The notes beneath the pieces were generated by a model. It searched no databases. It was not told the origin of the DNA and saw only the letters and a list, made by a program, of their open reading frames with translations. Positions 38,720 through 52,530 of a stretch of DNA of 64,000 nucleotides are shown here, one piece after another; position 1 is the stretch's first letter; the number at the start of each line of letters is the position of its first letter. Both the position numbers and the translations under genes were made by a program. The DNA comes from the human T2T-CHM13v2.0 reference genome, Homo sapiens, in assembly GCF_009914755.1 (NCBI RefSeq), contig NC_060934.1; one strand, written 5' to 3'.

Positions 38720-39547
38720 AAGATTTTGAATAATATTAAATATACAAATGACCAAAAAGCATATAAAAATATTCAATGTCATTAGTCATCAGGGAAATGC
38801 AAACTAAAACCACAGTACCATTCCATACCCACTAGGATGGCTATAATCAAAGAGCCAGAAGGGTAAGCATTGGTGAGGATGTGGAGAAACTGGAGTCATA
38901 CACTGAAGGTGGGAATGTGAAATGGTGCAGTCACTTTGGAAAACATCCTTGCAGTTCCTCAAAAAGTTAAACGGAGTTACTATATGAACCAGAAATTTCA
39001 TCCTAGCTATATACACAAGAGAAATGAAAATACTGTGCCCATATAAAAACTTATATATGAATGTTTATAGCAGCATTATTCATAATAGTCCAAAGGTAAA
39101 ACAACCCAAATGTCCATCAACTGATGAATAGATAAAACAAAAGATGATATGTCCATACGATGGAATATTATTCAGCCATAAAAAGGAATGAAGTAGTGAT
39201 ACATGCTACAACATGGGTGAGCCTTGAAAATATTATGCTAAGTGGAGGAAGCCAGATACAAAAGAACATATATCAGATTATTCCATTTAAATGAAAGATC
39301 CAGAATAGGTAAATCAATAGAGGCTGAAGATTAGTGGTTGTTTAGGGCTGAGGAGGACGGGTAGATTGGGTGGGGAGTGATAGCTAATGAATGTGGCAGT
39401 AGGGGGACTCTTTTTGTGGTAATAAAACTGTTCTAAAATTGATTGGGGTGATGATTTTATTATTCTGTGAATATACTAAAAACCATTGTTTTTTACAATT
39501 TTAATGGGTGAACTGTATGGTATGTGAATTATATCTCAATAAAGCTA
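38720..39547 (+). mobile_element. L1MB-type LINE-1 3' end
   Basis: cattagtcatcagggaaatgcaaactaaaaccaca, gggaatgtgaaatggtgcagtcactttggaaaac, acaacccaaatgtccatcaactgatgaat; ends tatctcaataaagct. Confidence 0.92.
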
Positions 39548-39744
39548 CCCCCTTACCTCCCAAAACTCTCCGCAATATTAAAAACTATTTGAAAATGAGG
39601 TCAGCTCAATTACCCCAATATTCACAGGTTCTTATGTTTTATCTTCTCTTCTTGTCTGCATTTGCCGCGTTGAACACAGGTCCGCATGCATTCAGCTATT
39701 CACTCAAAGTGGGAAGCAGAGAGGCTAGTAGCAATGATATTTGC

Positions 39745-40220
39745 TCATTGATTCCTTCACTGATTCACTCACTGATCATTCTTTTATTTTTTCATCCATC
39801 CAATGCACATCTGTTGAGCCCCTCCATATGCCAGGCACTGTGCCAGGTTCTAGGACACAGCTGTGAGAAAGATAGACAAGATCTCAGATGAAAAGGAGCT
39901 CACAGTCCACTTGGGGCAACTGAAAAGTGCACAGTCAATTGCAATGCAGTGTGATAGTGCTGACATAGAAAGCCTTGCTGTGGGGAAGGTCACGGATGCC
40001 TTCTCAAAGAAGTGATGCCTCAGATGATCACTGAGGGTGACATGTTTAGGCAATTTCTAAGGTCTCTAAACACTCAGAGCCAGGGCAGTTAGGGAGTGGG
40101 GTGAGTTAAGGTTGGAGATGTATGTAGAGACCAGACAAAGGTGGGCCTAATGGCCATATTAAGGAGATTGTGTGGTGAGCCATTGAAGGCTTTGAAGCAG
40201 GGAATGACATATTTTAAAAT
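39745..40220 (-). mobile_element. L2 3' fragment
   Basis: (cattc)n-like tail, atatgccaggcactgtgccagg..ggagctcacagtc, gagccattgaaggctttgaagcagggaatgacat. Confidence 0.8.
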
Positions 40221-43200
40221 TACTATAATTAAAACGTACATATTCTTTTGTATTCTCGAATGTTTCATTTTAAAAATATTTTTAATAAGTTTTGTAATTA
40301 TTTTCAATGGCTGCACATGTAATCACATTGATACTCTATTTTACTGCAGTATATCTCTATTGTTGGACATTGAGGTTTTTTCCAGTTTTTGTCTCACAAC
40401 CCTTCTTCTGTTTTAGTCAACATGACAATGGACATCCTTATTTTCTCATGCATATAAGCCTCTGTTCCCCATTCTGGTTAACATTGGAATGAATATTCTA
40501 CTTACATAACTTTTCTAGGAGTTATTTCCAGGAGTGACTGTCAAAAAGATTGAACATTTTCTGGCTCTAATTTGGTTTCACCATCATGGTTTTAAACGGG
40601 CTATGCTAATTGATACTCTCTTTACCAGCACTAAATAACCAGGAGAATTTATTTCTTTGCACTCTCTCTCTTTCTCTTTCTCTCTCTTTTGGAAAAGGAC
40701 CTTCTTTCTGTGTGTACCATTTGCTAAATTCACCTGATAATCTGTGTAAAGGCTGAACTACTCATTACATCTTAGGCATGACATGTAAAAAAGAAAACCA
40801 CATAGAAATTGAGACTGTTAGTCAGGGATGGAGTCTTTGGAGAATGAAGGTGTTAGGGCCATGAGTTAAAGTAAAACTAAATTTAAATCACTGACGTTGT
40901 TGATGCAATTCTGCCAGGCTACCCTTCTCTATACATTGTTGTCAGAATTAAATTTTTTTTCCATAAGAACAATAGTGCTTTAAAAAATACTTTTTTGGGT
41001 GCTATTTCAGAGTCTTTTGTCCATCAAGAGAATCCAATATGGAAAGGCACTGGCCTTCAATATAATAAAAATTTATCTAAATAGAATGTGGCATTAATGC
41101 CTTTCTCTGAAATACTGTCAAAATAAAGATGACATTTAAACACCCTTGCTACTGCTGCACATAAAAAGAGAATTACCTCTCATTCTGTGGAGCCCTACAA
41201 GTGCTAACAATATTTACAACAGCAGTAGCAGTTATTTTAGCTGGATTTGTGTTTGCCTTTAGCAGGAAAAGTTGGGACCAGGAAGGTTTCAGCTGAAGGA
41301 GATTGTTTTGGCCAACGTTAGACAAGTAGGATGGGATATTATATAGTATGTTGGTTTCAAAATGATTGGTTTGAGACTTGAATGTTGAAATCCATCATTT
41401 CCTCTTTGAGATTTCTCTGCATGGGAGACTTTAAAGGAGGAGAAAGTATGCTATATAGGAAGTTAGGAGAACTGGAATCTAGTCTCTACTCTGCCCCTAA
41501 TTAATTATTCTATTAATTATCTACAAGGTCCTGGATAAGTAACTTTTTGAGTCTTCTCATAAAGGCCACGTGGAATTACTGGTCTGAAAGTAACCTGAGA
41601 TGGTTAGCACTTGCATAGCAAAGAACATTCACCTCTTCCTGTGGGTTGTCTAAACTACTGGCTAAACACATTGCCAATGCCTGGCACTGCCAATGCCAGG
41701 CAAGCTTGTCCAGGAGGCTGTGGGATTCAGTAATGGTAATGCTCATTGAGAGGTAGTGTGGAGCAGTAGAAAGAGGAGAGTGTGGACATCAGAATGCTTG
41801 AGTCTTGGCCTGGCTTCCCCTTCCTTGTTATTGGGACTTGAGCATTTTAAATACCTTCCCTGGTTTATCCAAAAGTATCCTCAGCTGTCAAATGAGTTAG
41901 CTGGTTTTGTGGTCTCCAGGAATTCCTTTGAGCTTGGGCATTTGGTGGTTCTATGATTTCTTTCTGAGAAAGTTCAGCCTTTACCTTTGTTTCTACACGG
42001 AACTTTCATGGCCTCAAATGGACCAACTCCTAGAACCAATTCCCAAAGAACTCCCTGTTGAGTTGAGGGGACTCCCCTGTGCTGTGTAGATCATACTTTT
42101 GAAGTGTGCTTGTGATGGCATATGTTATCATGTATTGTCAAGTGGAAGGTATTTTTACAAACACAGGAAGAAAAAGACAACATTCATATTTCATTCAAGT
42201 TTTATAAGTGGTCAAATTACTGAAGGGCTTAGAGAACTAGGGATAATTACGTAGTGGTAGAATGACTGTTGGTGAAATGAACAGATATCAATAGGGTATT
42301 TAAAGATTAGGAAATTGGAACTGAGGAAAATTAGCTGGTGGCCCTAGTAGAGGACCTATGTCATTGATTTTGTTGAAAATGGATGCTGGTTGATTTTTAG
42401 CTCAGTAAGACAGACTTCACAATAGAGACTTCAATTAATGTCTCCCTACTGACAGGGTACAGGATACAGGAGACTTAGCATCATGTGAACATCTATTACT
42501 TTTTAGACATCATATTCAGCATTTGACAAGACACTTTGTCTTAGAGGGCGTGTGCACCTTATAAATAATGTCATTTTCCCGAGGCAAACAAGTGCCTCCT
42601 GATGCATGAACTGTTCACATAAGTAGATGCTTAGTGCTTGCCGGTTGCATGATTGCATCAATATAGTGAAAACTCTTCTTTCATTGTGTTCTTCATTTTC
42701 AATACAATTTCTTTTGTCATGCGATTAGATTTTATCCAAGTCTCAGGGTAGTTTTGGAAAGGAAATGTCTGGGGCTTTTTAACCAGCTTTGCTTTGGGAG
42801 GGTGAGAGTTGAAGAAGGGTGGGGAAGTGAGGAGGGGTCATTGTGTCCCAGCTAGATCCTTCTCTCTGAAGGTGATTTAGATGCAGAATTAATTGGACCT
42901 TTGAAGCATAGTCAGTACATCTTCTTCTCTTGTTTTCTACCCTCTGTCTCCATAAAACCAGCTCACTAATATGGGGCTTGAGCTTCAAGGTTTAAGGCCT
43001 TATGTTGAATTTGTAAACATTCCATCTTGAAGCTGTGCTGGGTTGAAAGAGCTCAGCTCAATGAAGAGAACCACTTCCAAATAGCTTTTCTGGGTTCTCA
43101 TGACAGCCACCCACTTGGTTGTGCAATGTGGGAGGAGTTTGTTTTCATACACTGAGCCTCCTCTATAAGCTCAGGTGGCGTGTCACATTACTCCTTGGCC

Positions 43201-43429
43201 AAGGCACTATGTTCTTCTCATGATTAGTAAAGCCAAATTGTAACAATAGGAAGCTTAGATAATGCACTTTTTGTACCCATGGTTTATCTTTCTGAAGGCG
43301 GTTAGCAGTTAGGGAATCCCTAAGATTCCCCAATATTCTCTCTAGGCATAAGTCAGTTGCTGATTTAGAGGAATGAGGATAACATACTAAAGCGTCTTCA
43401 AAATATTACTACAGAGAACAATCAAAGCC

Positions 43430-44120
43430 TTTCATTAATGCACAAGCATTTATTTTCTGAGCACCTAAAATATGTCAAGCATGGGAATAACTGCAAAGCA
43501 AAGACATGGACTCTTACTTCAAAACACTCTCTCTCTCTGGTGGGGCAGATTACTGAGCAAACAGAAATTTCAATAGTGTAATGGGAGCAGTAAAAGACTA
43601 CCCTTACTCAAAGGGATCAGGGCAGGCCATCCAGAGGAAGTCAGAGTTGAGCACCTCTGCAGGAACCTGTTGGTATCAACTTGAGGGGGCAACATATGCA
43701 AAATCACAGCCATAAAAAGAATGTAATTTTATAGGAACCACGAGTATGGGATGGCTAAAATACAGGTTATTTATATATATTTTGGAGTAAGGGAGAATGC
43801 ATAAGTGGTGAGAGATGAAGTTGGAGAGGGAAACAGAGATAGAGCCATGAAGCCTCTGCCTTATGTATCATTTTAGGAGTTTGGCCTTTTTCCTTTACTG
43901 ATAACATAGGGAAGCATGCAAAGATTTTAAGCGTGAAAATGACATTCACTTAGTAATTCAACAAATAGCACCCAGTACCTACCATGTGCCAGTTGTGGTT
44001 TTAGGGACTGAGGTTACAGCAATAGACAAGACCACTAGGTTCATGTCGGACATGATCTGATGTACATTTTAGAAGGAAGCTATGTGGCAGCAATATGGCG
44101 CTTAGATTGGGCTCAGGGAC
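43430..44120 (-). mobile_element. L2 fragments
   Basis: caagcatttatt..tgagcaccta, ttcaacaaata..cctaccatgtgccag, catgatctgatgtacattttagaagg. Confidence 0.65.
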
Positions 44121-44329
44121 TGAGCGAGAAATGAGGATTTTAACTTCTTATTTTCTACATGCATTGAGACCATCTGGGATGTGTTGATCACAATTTTCAG
44201 TAGTCCCCAGAGAAGAACAGTAGCTTATTTGTGGTACTTAAAAAAATTGGAAACACCAGACCTGGGTAAGTACTAATGAGAAGCCTGATAAATCAGTAAG
44301 GTTGAACATTTATAGAAATAGAAGGCATA

Positions 44330-45086
<757 letters not shown>

Positions 45087-45194
45087 GGATTTAATAATTC
45101 TTGGGTGCTTTTCTTTTGCTCATTCATAGGTACTGGACTCTCTATAATTGTACTAATATGTAAAAAACAACAATCCTAAAAATTGGGTTAGGTT

Positions 45195-45427
45195 AGTGGT
45201 TCTCCGCTGGGGGTGACTTACTACTCCCTCCCTCAAGGGGAATATTAGCCACTATCAGGAATCATTTATTTGGTTGTCACCACTGGGAGAGGGAGAGTGC
45301 TACTGGCATCTAGTGGGTAGGCCAGAGATGCTGCTAAATATTTTATAATGCACAGGACAGTTCCTCCCACCCCCACAAAAACATATCTAGTCCAAAATGT
45401 CAATAGTGCTGAGGTTGAGAAACTCTG
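45195..45427 (+). mobile_element. MER20 DNA transposon
   Basis: gtgctactggcatctagtgggtaggccagagatgctgctaaa..aatgcacaggacag..aaatgtcaatagtgctgaggttgagaaactctg. Confidence 0.9.
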
Positions 45428-46669
45428 GGCTAGATTAATGGTATTTCACAAATAACAACTCCAAGGTTAAGACAAGTTGAATAACTTCCTTGGGTTTCTA
45501 AACCCAGTGAATGGCCCAGCCAGGATTTGAATTGAGGTTTATCTGCTCCTAAAGCCTGTGCTTTTTGATTTATGTTGGTCTGCCTTCCAGAGAAGGAGAA
45601 AAAACCTGAATCTCAGAGACTCACTGAAAAAGCCCCAGCATTAGTACCGGTCATGGCTCCTGGGCCAGGACTTCAAAGGAGCCTGGAACTGGCTGTAACT
45701 GGAAGGAGGTGGGGGAATGAACACCTTTTCCATTTTTCCCTGGCCTCTCTCTCTCCTGGGCAAGTTGGGGCAGGCTGAGTGGGCACAGGTCCTGGATCTG
45801 CATACCAGGGCTGGCGAGGTGCCCTTCGCTGGAAGTCCTGACTCCTTCTCAATGCACAAGGACGCCCTTCTGCTGCCAAAGCTGGCTGGTGGTTCTTTCT
45901 GGAATGGCAGCTTTCCCCATCCCCCTTCAGGCTTGGGTCGATCTTCTGGCAGGCAAACGTACTAAAGAGTTACAGGTGGTGCAGATACGGTTTGGAAGGA
46001 ATCCCAGCTGGGCCTCCTCCCAGAAGCCTTCTGATCACTCACCAGATAACTCTAGCTGCTTGCAGAGTCCTGGGAATCTTAGCTTCTCCAGGAAACCAGC
46101 TTCAAGGGCAACAAGAGGTTCTGAGGAGCTAGAATAATCTCGGAAGCTGAAACTGCTTTGTCCTTTTGCTTCCTTAGGTTGGAAATATTTTTGCAATACC
46201 ACTGAATCCTCCAGTTTTTACCCCTTACGATGGGAAGTGAATACAGTATGAAAAGGGAGTGGGACATGTGAGAGGAACGACAGGCTCAAAATATGAAGAC
46301 TTAATCCAGACACCTCTGTGTCTCTGAACTTGCGTTGTTTCTTCTTTGGAGGTGAAGTACACATCGTTTTACTCCGGGCAGAGGACTTGTGCTCCTTTTG
46401 AGAACTTTCAGCTCTGTAGTGTCGAGTCTTCTGGTTTCCAGATCCACATCCTGCCCTGGGGGAATTGACATCCATCAGGTATACTGTTCTTGGTCTGTTT
46501 AATCAAACTTTCATGATGTCGGTTGGAATTTCACATGTGGAACAAGTATAGAAAAATTAAGTGATTCCAGCAGCTTAAGTCCAAAGGGATGCATTAACCT
46601 TTGATATCAAATACATTAAAACATAGTACATCTCAATAATCTGTTTTCGGAGGCACTGAGTAGTAGCTG

Positions 46670-46870
46670 GTTCACTTGTTCATTCATTACTTCACTTTTT
46701 TTCACTCATTCCACAAGCAATAATTGAGTACCTGCCAGGTGCTGTGGAGGATATTAAGGTAAATATGATAAAGCTCTTGCCCTTAAGGAGCTTAACATCT
46801 AATGGGAAAAGAGATCAATAGCTATCTCAGGTGGCAGGATATAAATATTACAAGAGAAATATGAAAAAGT
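46670..46870 (-). mobile_element. L2 3' tail
   Basis: ttcattcatt..ttgagtacctgccagg..cttgcccttaaggagctt. Confidence 0.7.
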
Positions 46871-47127
46871 GTAGTGATGCTATTTTGTTTTAGGCTATGA
46901 AATAGTCCTGGCATGGTGATGAGGCAGAAAATGTGGGCTATATTTTTAAGAAAATAGATACTGGAGAGGAAGAGAAAAATGGTCTTCAGTCTGAGGGATA
47001 GGTAAGGTTTGAGGATTATATATCAGTCAAGTACGCTTGGTTCCCAAATAATGTAAGTTTTCTTAAAAACTTCTTGTCCTCCAATTATTATCTCTGTTAA
47101 AGCAACAAACTTAGTGTATTAAATGTC

Positions 47128-47416
47128 AATACTACGCAAAATATGGCTTATGGACCCCTGCTGGTCTGCAAATTGTTAATATTCCATGATGAGAAAAGTA
47201 TAGAAATTGATGATTTAGTAAGTTACGGCAATTTGACAATAATTTTGTTTGTTGACTCTAATAACTACAAAAAATTGGGGCTTATATTTTGTATATCTTT
47301 AGATAATTTTATTTTTCTAATCGTTTATTTTTATTGTGTTTTCCAAAAATAACAGTCTGTGACACATTGGAAATGAAAAAAGTGATTCCTTACCATAGAT
47401 GATTTGAGAAGCACTG
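47128..47416. mobile_element. hAT-Charlie relic (Charlie4-like)
   Basis: Ends ccttaccatagatgatttgagaagcactg, a Charlie-type terminus. Confidence 0.5.
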
Positions 47417-47939
47417 TATAAATGATTGCCTACATCTGTCTTCCTACTAAAATATAAGTTTCTCCAGGGCAGGAGCTGTATTTTTCATGTCTGTATTTCA
47501 GTCCCAAGCTTATGAGTAGGTGCTTCTTAATGATTTGTTGAATTGAATGAAAATATAAATGGGATTTCAGTCAACTGTAAGTAAATTATTTTCAGTTTTT
47601 GGAAAGCCCATTTGTATTTTTCAGCTTGAATTAGCTCTTGGATTCATACATTCATCCATGATGAAAGCAGTACTTGATTTTATTGTTCTAGTAATACTTT
47701 CAGACATCACAGTTGTAAGTCTGAGTTGCAATATTCTGTTCTTTTGTGACTGTGTACTTATTCACCTTATTAATGTCCTCACGAGTCTAAGAATTGAAGC
47801 CTTACTACCCTTATTCTTTTTCCATCACCCTCCAAATTCAGTATATTGGAACTTTTCCAGTTTTATATTTTTCTTAAAGTATAGAAGCAGGTCCTTTATA
47901 AGTTATTGCCTTTCACATAATGCCCATGGTTTTGCTGCC

Positions 47940-48280
47940 ATTTTATTTACATATTCATTCACATATTCATTCATTCATTTACCACTTATTCCCAAACACT
48001 TATTAAGTACCTGTATGAGCTTGGCACTTTACTCGCACTGGAGATATAAAGAATAATAATATCCCTACCCTCAAGGAGTTTATAGTCTACTAGGGGAGTT
48101 AGGGATACAAATACAAAAATACAATAAGACATTACAGGTATTAGAATGGATATATACATGAGAAACAGAGAAGGCACAATATCCAGAGTAGTCAGTTCTC
48201 TGTTGTAGGCCAGGAGATGCTTCAGAGAACAGCTTCATGTTTCTTAAATTCAGGTGGAAATGTTAGTGACTATTTGCCAA
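47940..48280 (-). mobile_element. L2 3' fragment
   Basis: (cattc)n tail, ttattaagtacct, tccctaccctcaaggagtttatagtcta. Confidence 0.75.
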
Positions 48281-48332
48281 GGAGACAGCATTGCTGGCAA
48301 AGAGCTGGCATAGGATGGCTGTTGAAAGAACT

Positions 48333-48838
48333 CCACCATCACCATCACCATCAACATCATGATAATCACAACTACCACAACCATGGCCACCACCATCATT
48401 ATGGCCATCACCATCATTATAACCACCACTACCACTACTATCGCCATCACCATCACCATCATAATATGACCACCTCACCACCACCACTACAAAGACCATC
48501 ATTATAACCACCACTACCACTACTATCGCCATCACCATCACCATCATCATTATGACCACCTCACCACCACCACCACAAAGGCCATCATTATAACCACCGC
48601 TACCACTACTATCACCATCACCATCACCATCATCATTATGACCACCTCACCACCACCACCACAAAGGCCATCATTATAACCACCGCTAACACTACTATCA
48701 CCATCACCATCACCATCATCATTATGACCACCTCACCACCACCACCACAAAGACCATCATTATAACCACCACTACTACTACTATCACCATCATCACCATC
48801 ATCGTATGACCACCTCACCGCCACTGTCACCAACACCA
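48333..48838 (+). repeat. CAC/CAT low-complexity tract with a higher-order 85-86 bp VNTR (about 4.8 copies, 48411-48823)
   Basis: Unit start ccatcattataaccacc recurs at 48411, 48496, 48582, 48668 and 48754. Confidence 0.93.
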
Positions 48839-48839
48839 A

Positions 48840-49070
48840 CGTTTACTAACATTCATCAGTTGCTTCGTATGCTTAGGCATAGTGCTGAGGAAGGACCTCA
48901 TTTGGATTATCTCACGTAATCTTGCAACCTATGAAGCAGGCACTCTTAGCATTCCCAATTTATAAGTGAAGAAACAGAGGGATGGCATGGTTAAATAATT
49001 GGCGCCACTTCATGCATCTAACAAGTGACAGGATTCAAACTCAGGTTTGCTTGATTTCAACTAAGCTTTT
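48840..49070 (-). mobile_element. MIR SINE
   Basis: ctaacattc..aggcatagtgct..gaagaaacagagg..ggttaaataatt..caggattcaaactcagg. Confidence 0.7.
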
Positions 49071-50354
49071 AAGTGGGTCTCTTGCAAGTCTGAAACATTT
49101 AGCCTGATGTTTAACTTTATCATTTTGATAGGTATTTTACTGCCCAGAAGCTCTTTGTGTTATTGGCAGGCATTTTAGGATTTGATTTTTTAAGTCATCT
49201 ATTCAAATGTTAAACAAGATTATTCAAAGAACAAATCTCTGGGGAACCCCAAAGTGAGCAATTTTTGACACAGTGAAGTATATGATTATCCCAATCTGTT
49301 GTGTCCTGTTTTAAAATACATTTCAAAGCCTTGAGATAGTCAGTTCTCTGATGCTATGTGACCCAATGTGGCCACAGGTATGAAATCTTATCACGGTTTT
49401 TTGAAAGTCTGAAATATTGTACATTACTAGTTATGCCTTATTCACATCCTCACTTATAGCAAACATTAATCAGGGGGTAGAGATGAGGATTGTGTTCTTC
49501 AATGATTAGTAAGTACCAAAAACTACGCTCAGCACAATCTACATTATTTTGATTTTCTCAGCCAAAATCTCCATTTTTCAGATGAAAATACTGAGACCCA
49601 GACTGATGAGGTACCTTGCTGTAGGTCCTGCTATTAATAAGTATAGAAGCCGGGACTTGATCACTGCTCGAGATCTCTGCAGAGCCTGCAATTTTATACC
49701 ACGACTCAGAAATGGGAGTAAAAATAGAAAATAGGGAATTTAGGGAAAATGTCAACTTCCCAAATGGCTCTATCTTTCAGAAGTGCTTACTTTATTTGGG
49801 CCTAATTTTCAAAAGCCTGTAGAAACAAGGCAGAGAAAATACACAGAATCATTGCCTGTGCTCATGAGTCTCTGAGCTACTTGGGGTGTGCTGGCTACCA
49901 TCCCTATGGTTTCATAATGCACTTTCCCTCTCTCACCCCACATTCAGACACTGCTCCAAACAAGACAACCTGTCTGTTTTCCTGCCACAAATGGGTAAAG
50001 TTGTCGACTTACTCTATCTTGACAATTATTGTTTTGAAAGAAACTTCTAAAAGTTTAATCACAGAGAATGCTTAGTCACTGGATACAATTTCAAAGAGAA
50101 TTTGGAAACAAAATAAATAGTCTTGCCTTTTCTACCCCATAAGGTGTTGTGGGGCCCAATAGGATACGTTAATTTTTGAAAATGATATGCCTTTATTCAA
50201 ATAAATGTAGGAGGTGTTACCGGGTCTTGACTTTTGTACCTTATAAGCAAGGCCATCTTGCTGCAGTTGCTCTGAAAGAAGATAAATAAAGTTCAGCCAG
50301 AGATGCTGCAGGAGAGGAATGTATGGTGGGTGTGTTATTGATGAGATATGATGG

Positions 50355-50545
50355 TTTTCTAGTTCTGTGACCTATAATTTTCTTATAACTCTGTGCCTCA
50401 GTTTCTCTATTTGAAAGATGGAGATATTAATAGAAACTGTCCCTAGGGTTACTGAAACTATTAAGTATGCTAATACGTATAAAGGGCTTCACACAGGAAC
50501 TACCTCAGAGCTGCCACAGCAGAAATGTTAGCTCTTTTATTGTTA
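50355..50545 (+). mobile_element. MIR SINE
   Basis: ctagttctgtgacct..ctctgtgcctcagtttctctatttgaaagatggag..aaatgttagct. Confidence 0.8.
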
Positions 50546-52254
50546 TTCTCCATCACTGCCTTGATCCACCTGCCTGAAAATCTCATCTACCCAGAACAGT
50601 GAGCCTCAAGTTGTCAACTGCCCTTTAGCACAACTTCCGATAGAAGGCTAGAAGGCTAGAAGGCTGCCTGGTTGCTGACCAAGGATTTTCTTTTGCCTCT
50701 TAAAATGCTATCATTTTCTCTGTGTAAACCATAAACACATTAACAGAAAACAGGGCCTCGTTCACTAGGCTGCCATGAGCCTAGCTCCCAGCAGCAGCAG
50801 TTCCTGATATAACAAAGTGGTTTCACCTTACTTAGGTAGAAAAGATTATGTTGATTTCCTAAGTAGAAAACTCCAAAATATTGGCCAGAGTGCTATTCCT
50901 CTCATCACTTATGTCTTCAGGTCTTTCTGAGGGAGAAAAAAAAAAAAAAAAAAACTTGAAAAGAAAAAAACTCAATGTTTCTTTTTCCGCCAGATTGCTT
51001 CTTTAATTGGTGGGTCTGAGTGTGGCCCCATTTACCCAGTGGCTGTGCTAAGGTTTAACGACTAGACCAGTGGTTTGCACTAGCACTTGTCCTAGTTATT
51101 TGACACTTTTTGCTGTAGGTCAAAGTGAGTAGACATTCTGGTTTTGCAGGGACTGTCCCCAGTGAATTGGCTCAAAGTGTTTCTTTTTAGCCACTTTATG
51201 ATGTACTGTGGCCCTTTAATTCCCACCTAGCCCCACTCAGACTGCAGACATGAAGTGATTGCTTTTATAAAATGTTAATTGGAAGGATTAAACAATCATC
51301 TGCTTTTTTCCTTTCTTTTTTTTTTTTATATGGAGGCTGAAATAAAAACCGAGGAGGTACAGGGTTGCTGGTAATTGCAACCTAAAAAGGCTGGGGATTC
51401 TGAAAAACCATACTACAACATAATTTCTATAGGAGGAGGGGGCACAGCTTTGGTCAAGCCTGTTTGGAGAAGCAAGAGAGTGACTTATTAGAGCATGTTG
51501 AAAGTTAAGAACCTGGGGAAACAAACTACCAAGCCAGTGTTAAAAAGGAAGTTAACCCGATGAAGGCACTCAAAGCAGGGCAAAGAAAGTGGCTAGTGGA
51601 ATATAAAGTTCCAGCCTTGACCCTTACTACATAGTTTTAAATAAACACCATGAATACACCTTTGTTGATAATTATTTTCCATTTGACTTCCTACATTTTG
51701 AATGTAATATTAGCCAATGGAATACTAGTATTCTAGGGTTAGAAGAATCATTGGAAGCCATCTAGTCCTACTCCCTGTTGAGAATATTTTGAGGGCATTT
51801 GTGTAGGCCAGGCTGTAGCTGTATCTCATCCATGTTTGTTATAATGAGATCTGGGAATTTACACTGGAAACTCTTTGTTCATTTGCAAAATTTAAATTGT
51901 TCTTGATTAGGTTGCTTCCCAGAGCACTTTTATATAATTAGAATAAAATAAATTGTGGTGGGGAAAGGTGCTTATACATCATCATTGGATTACCCATCTG
52001 CCTTTGAGATGTGGCTGTGTAAATGGTTCAGCTGTGGGCCACTTGCCATGTTGGAAACTGGTGTATTGTAGTGTGTGGGGGGTGGGTGGGGGTAGGTGCC
52101 TGGCTTAGTTTAGATATTCATGATCAGTAGAAGTTCACAAAATGTGGAATTAACTGGTAATCATTGTGTAACTTGTGATACGCTTTCTTGGGCTGGACTT
52201 CTGGGATTTCATATGGCAGGAAGAAAGAATCACAGCCTAATAACAGTAACAATA

Positions 52255-52530
52255 ATATTCTTATATGGCAGCAAATTTTACTGAGTGCATACTGTTCTCT
52301 CTATATGTGTGTGTATGTGTGTATGTATGTGTGTGTATGCATATACACACACACATATATACATATACTGTGTATAAATATATGCATATAATTACGCATT
52401 TAATCCTTTATGACATTTCATCTTTATAACATCCTTTAAGGTAGAAACTATTATTATTCTCATTTTACAGATGAGAAAATTGAGGTATGGAAAGATTAAA
52501 TGATTGGACAAGGTTATTCAAGCCCAAGTT
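52255..52530 (-). mobile_element. MIR containing a TG/TA/CA microsatellite (52302-52390)
   Basis: ttactgagtgcatactgt..[microsatellite]..atttaatcct..ctcattttacagatgagaaaattgagg. Confidence 0.8.

Noticed and set aside
42240-42560. Possible L3/CR1 relic (tagacatcatattcagcatttgacaag)
   Set aside because: Similarity is too short and degraded to call without an HMM search.
47559-48056. 165-aa hydrophobic ORF
   Set aside because: T-rich composition, runs into an L2 tail, no recognisable domain.
48217-48839. His-rich and Val/Met-rich ORFs, and the CRISPR-like periodicity of the 86-bp array
   Set aside because: Simple-repeat translation. The units are contiguous near-identical tandem copies without unique spacers, in eukaryotic DNA with no cas genes.
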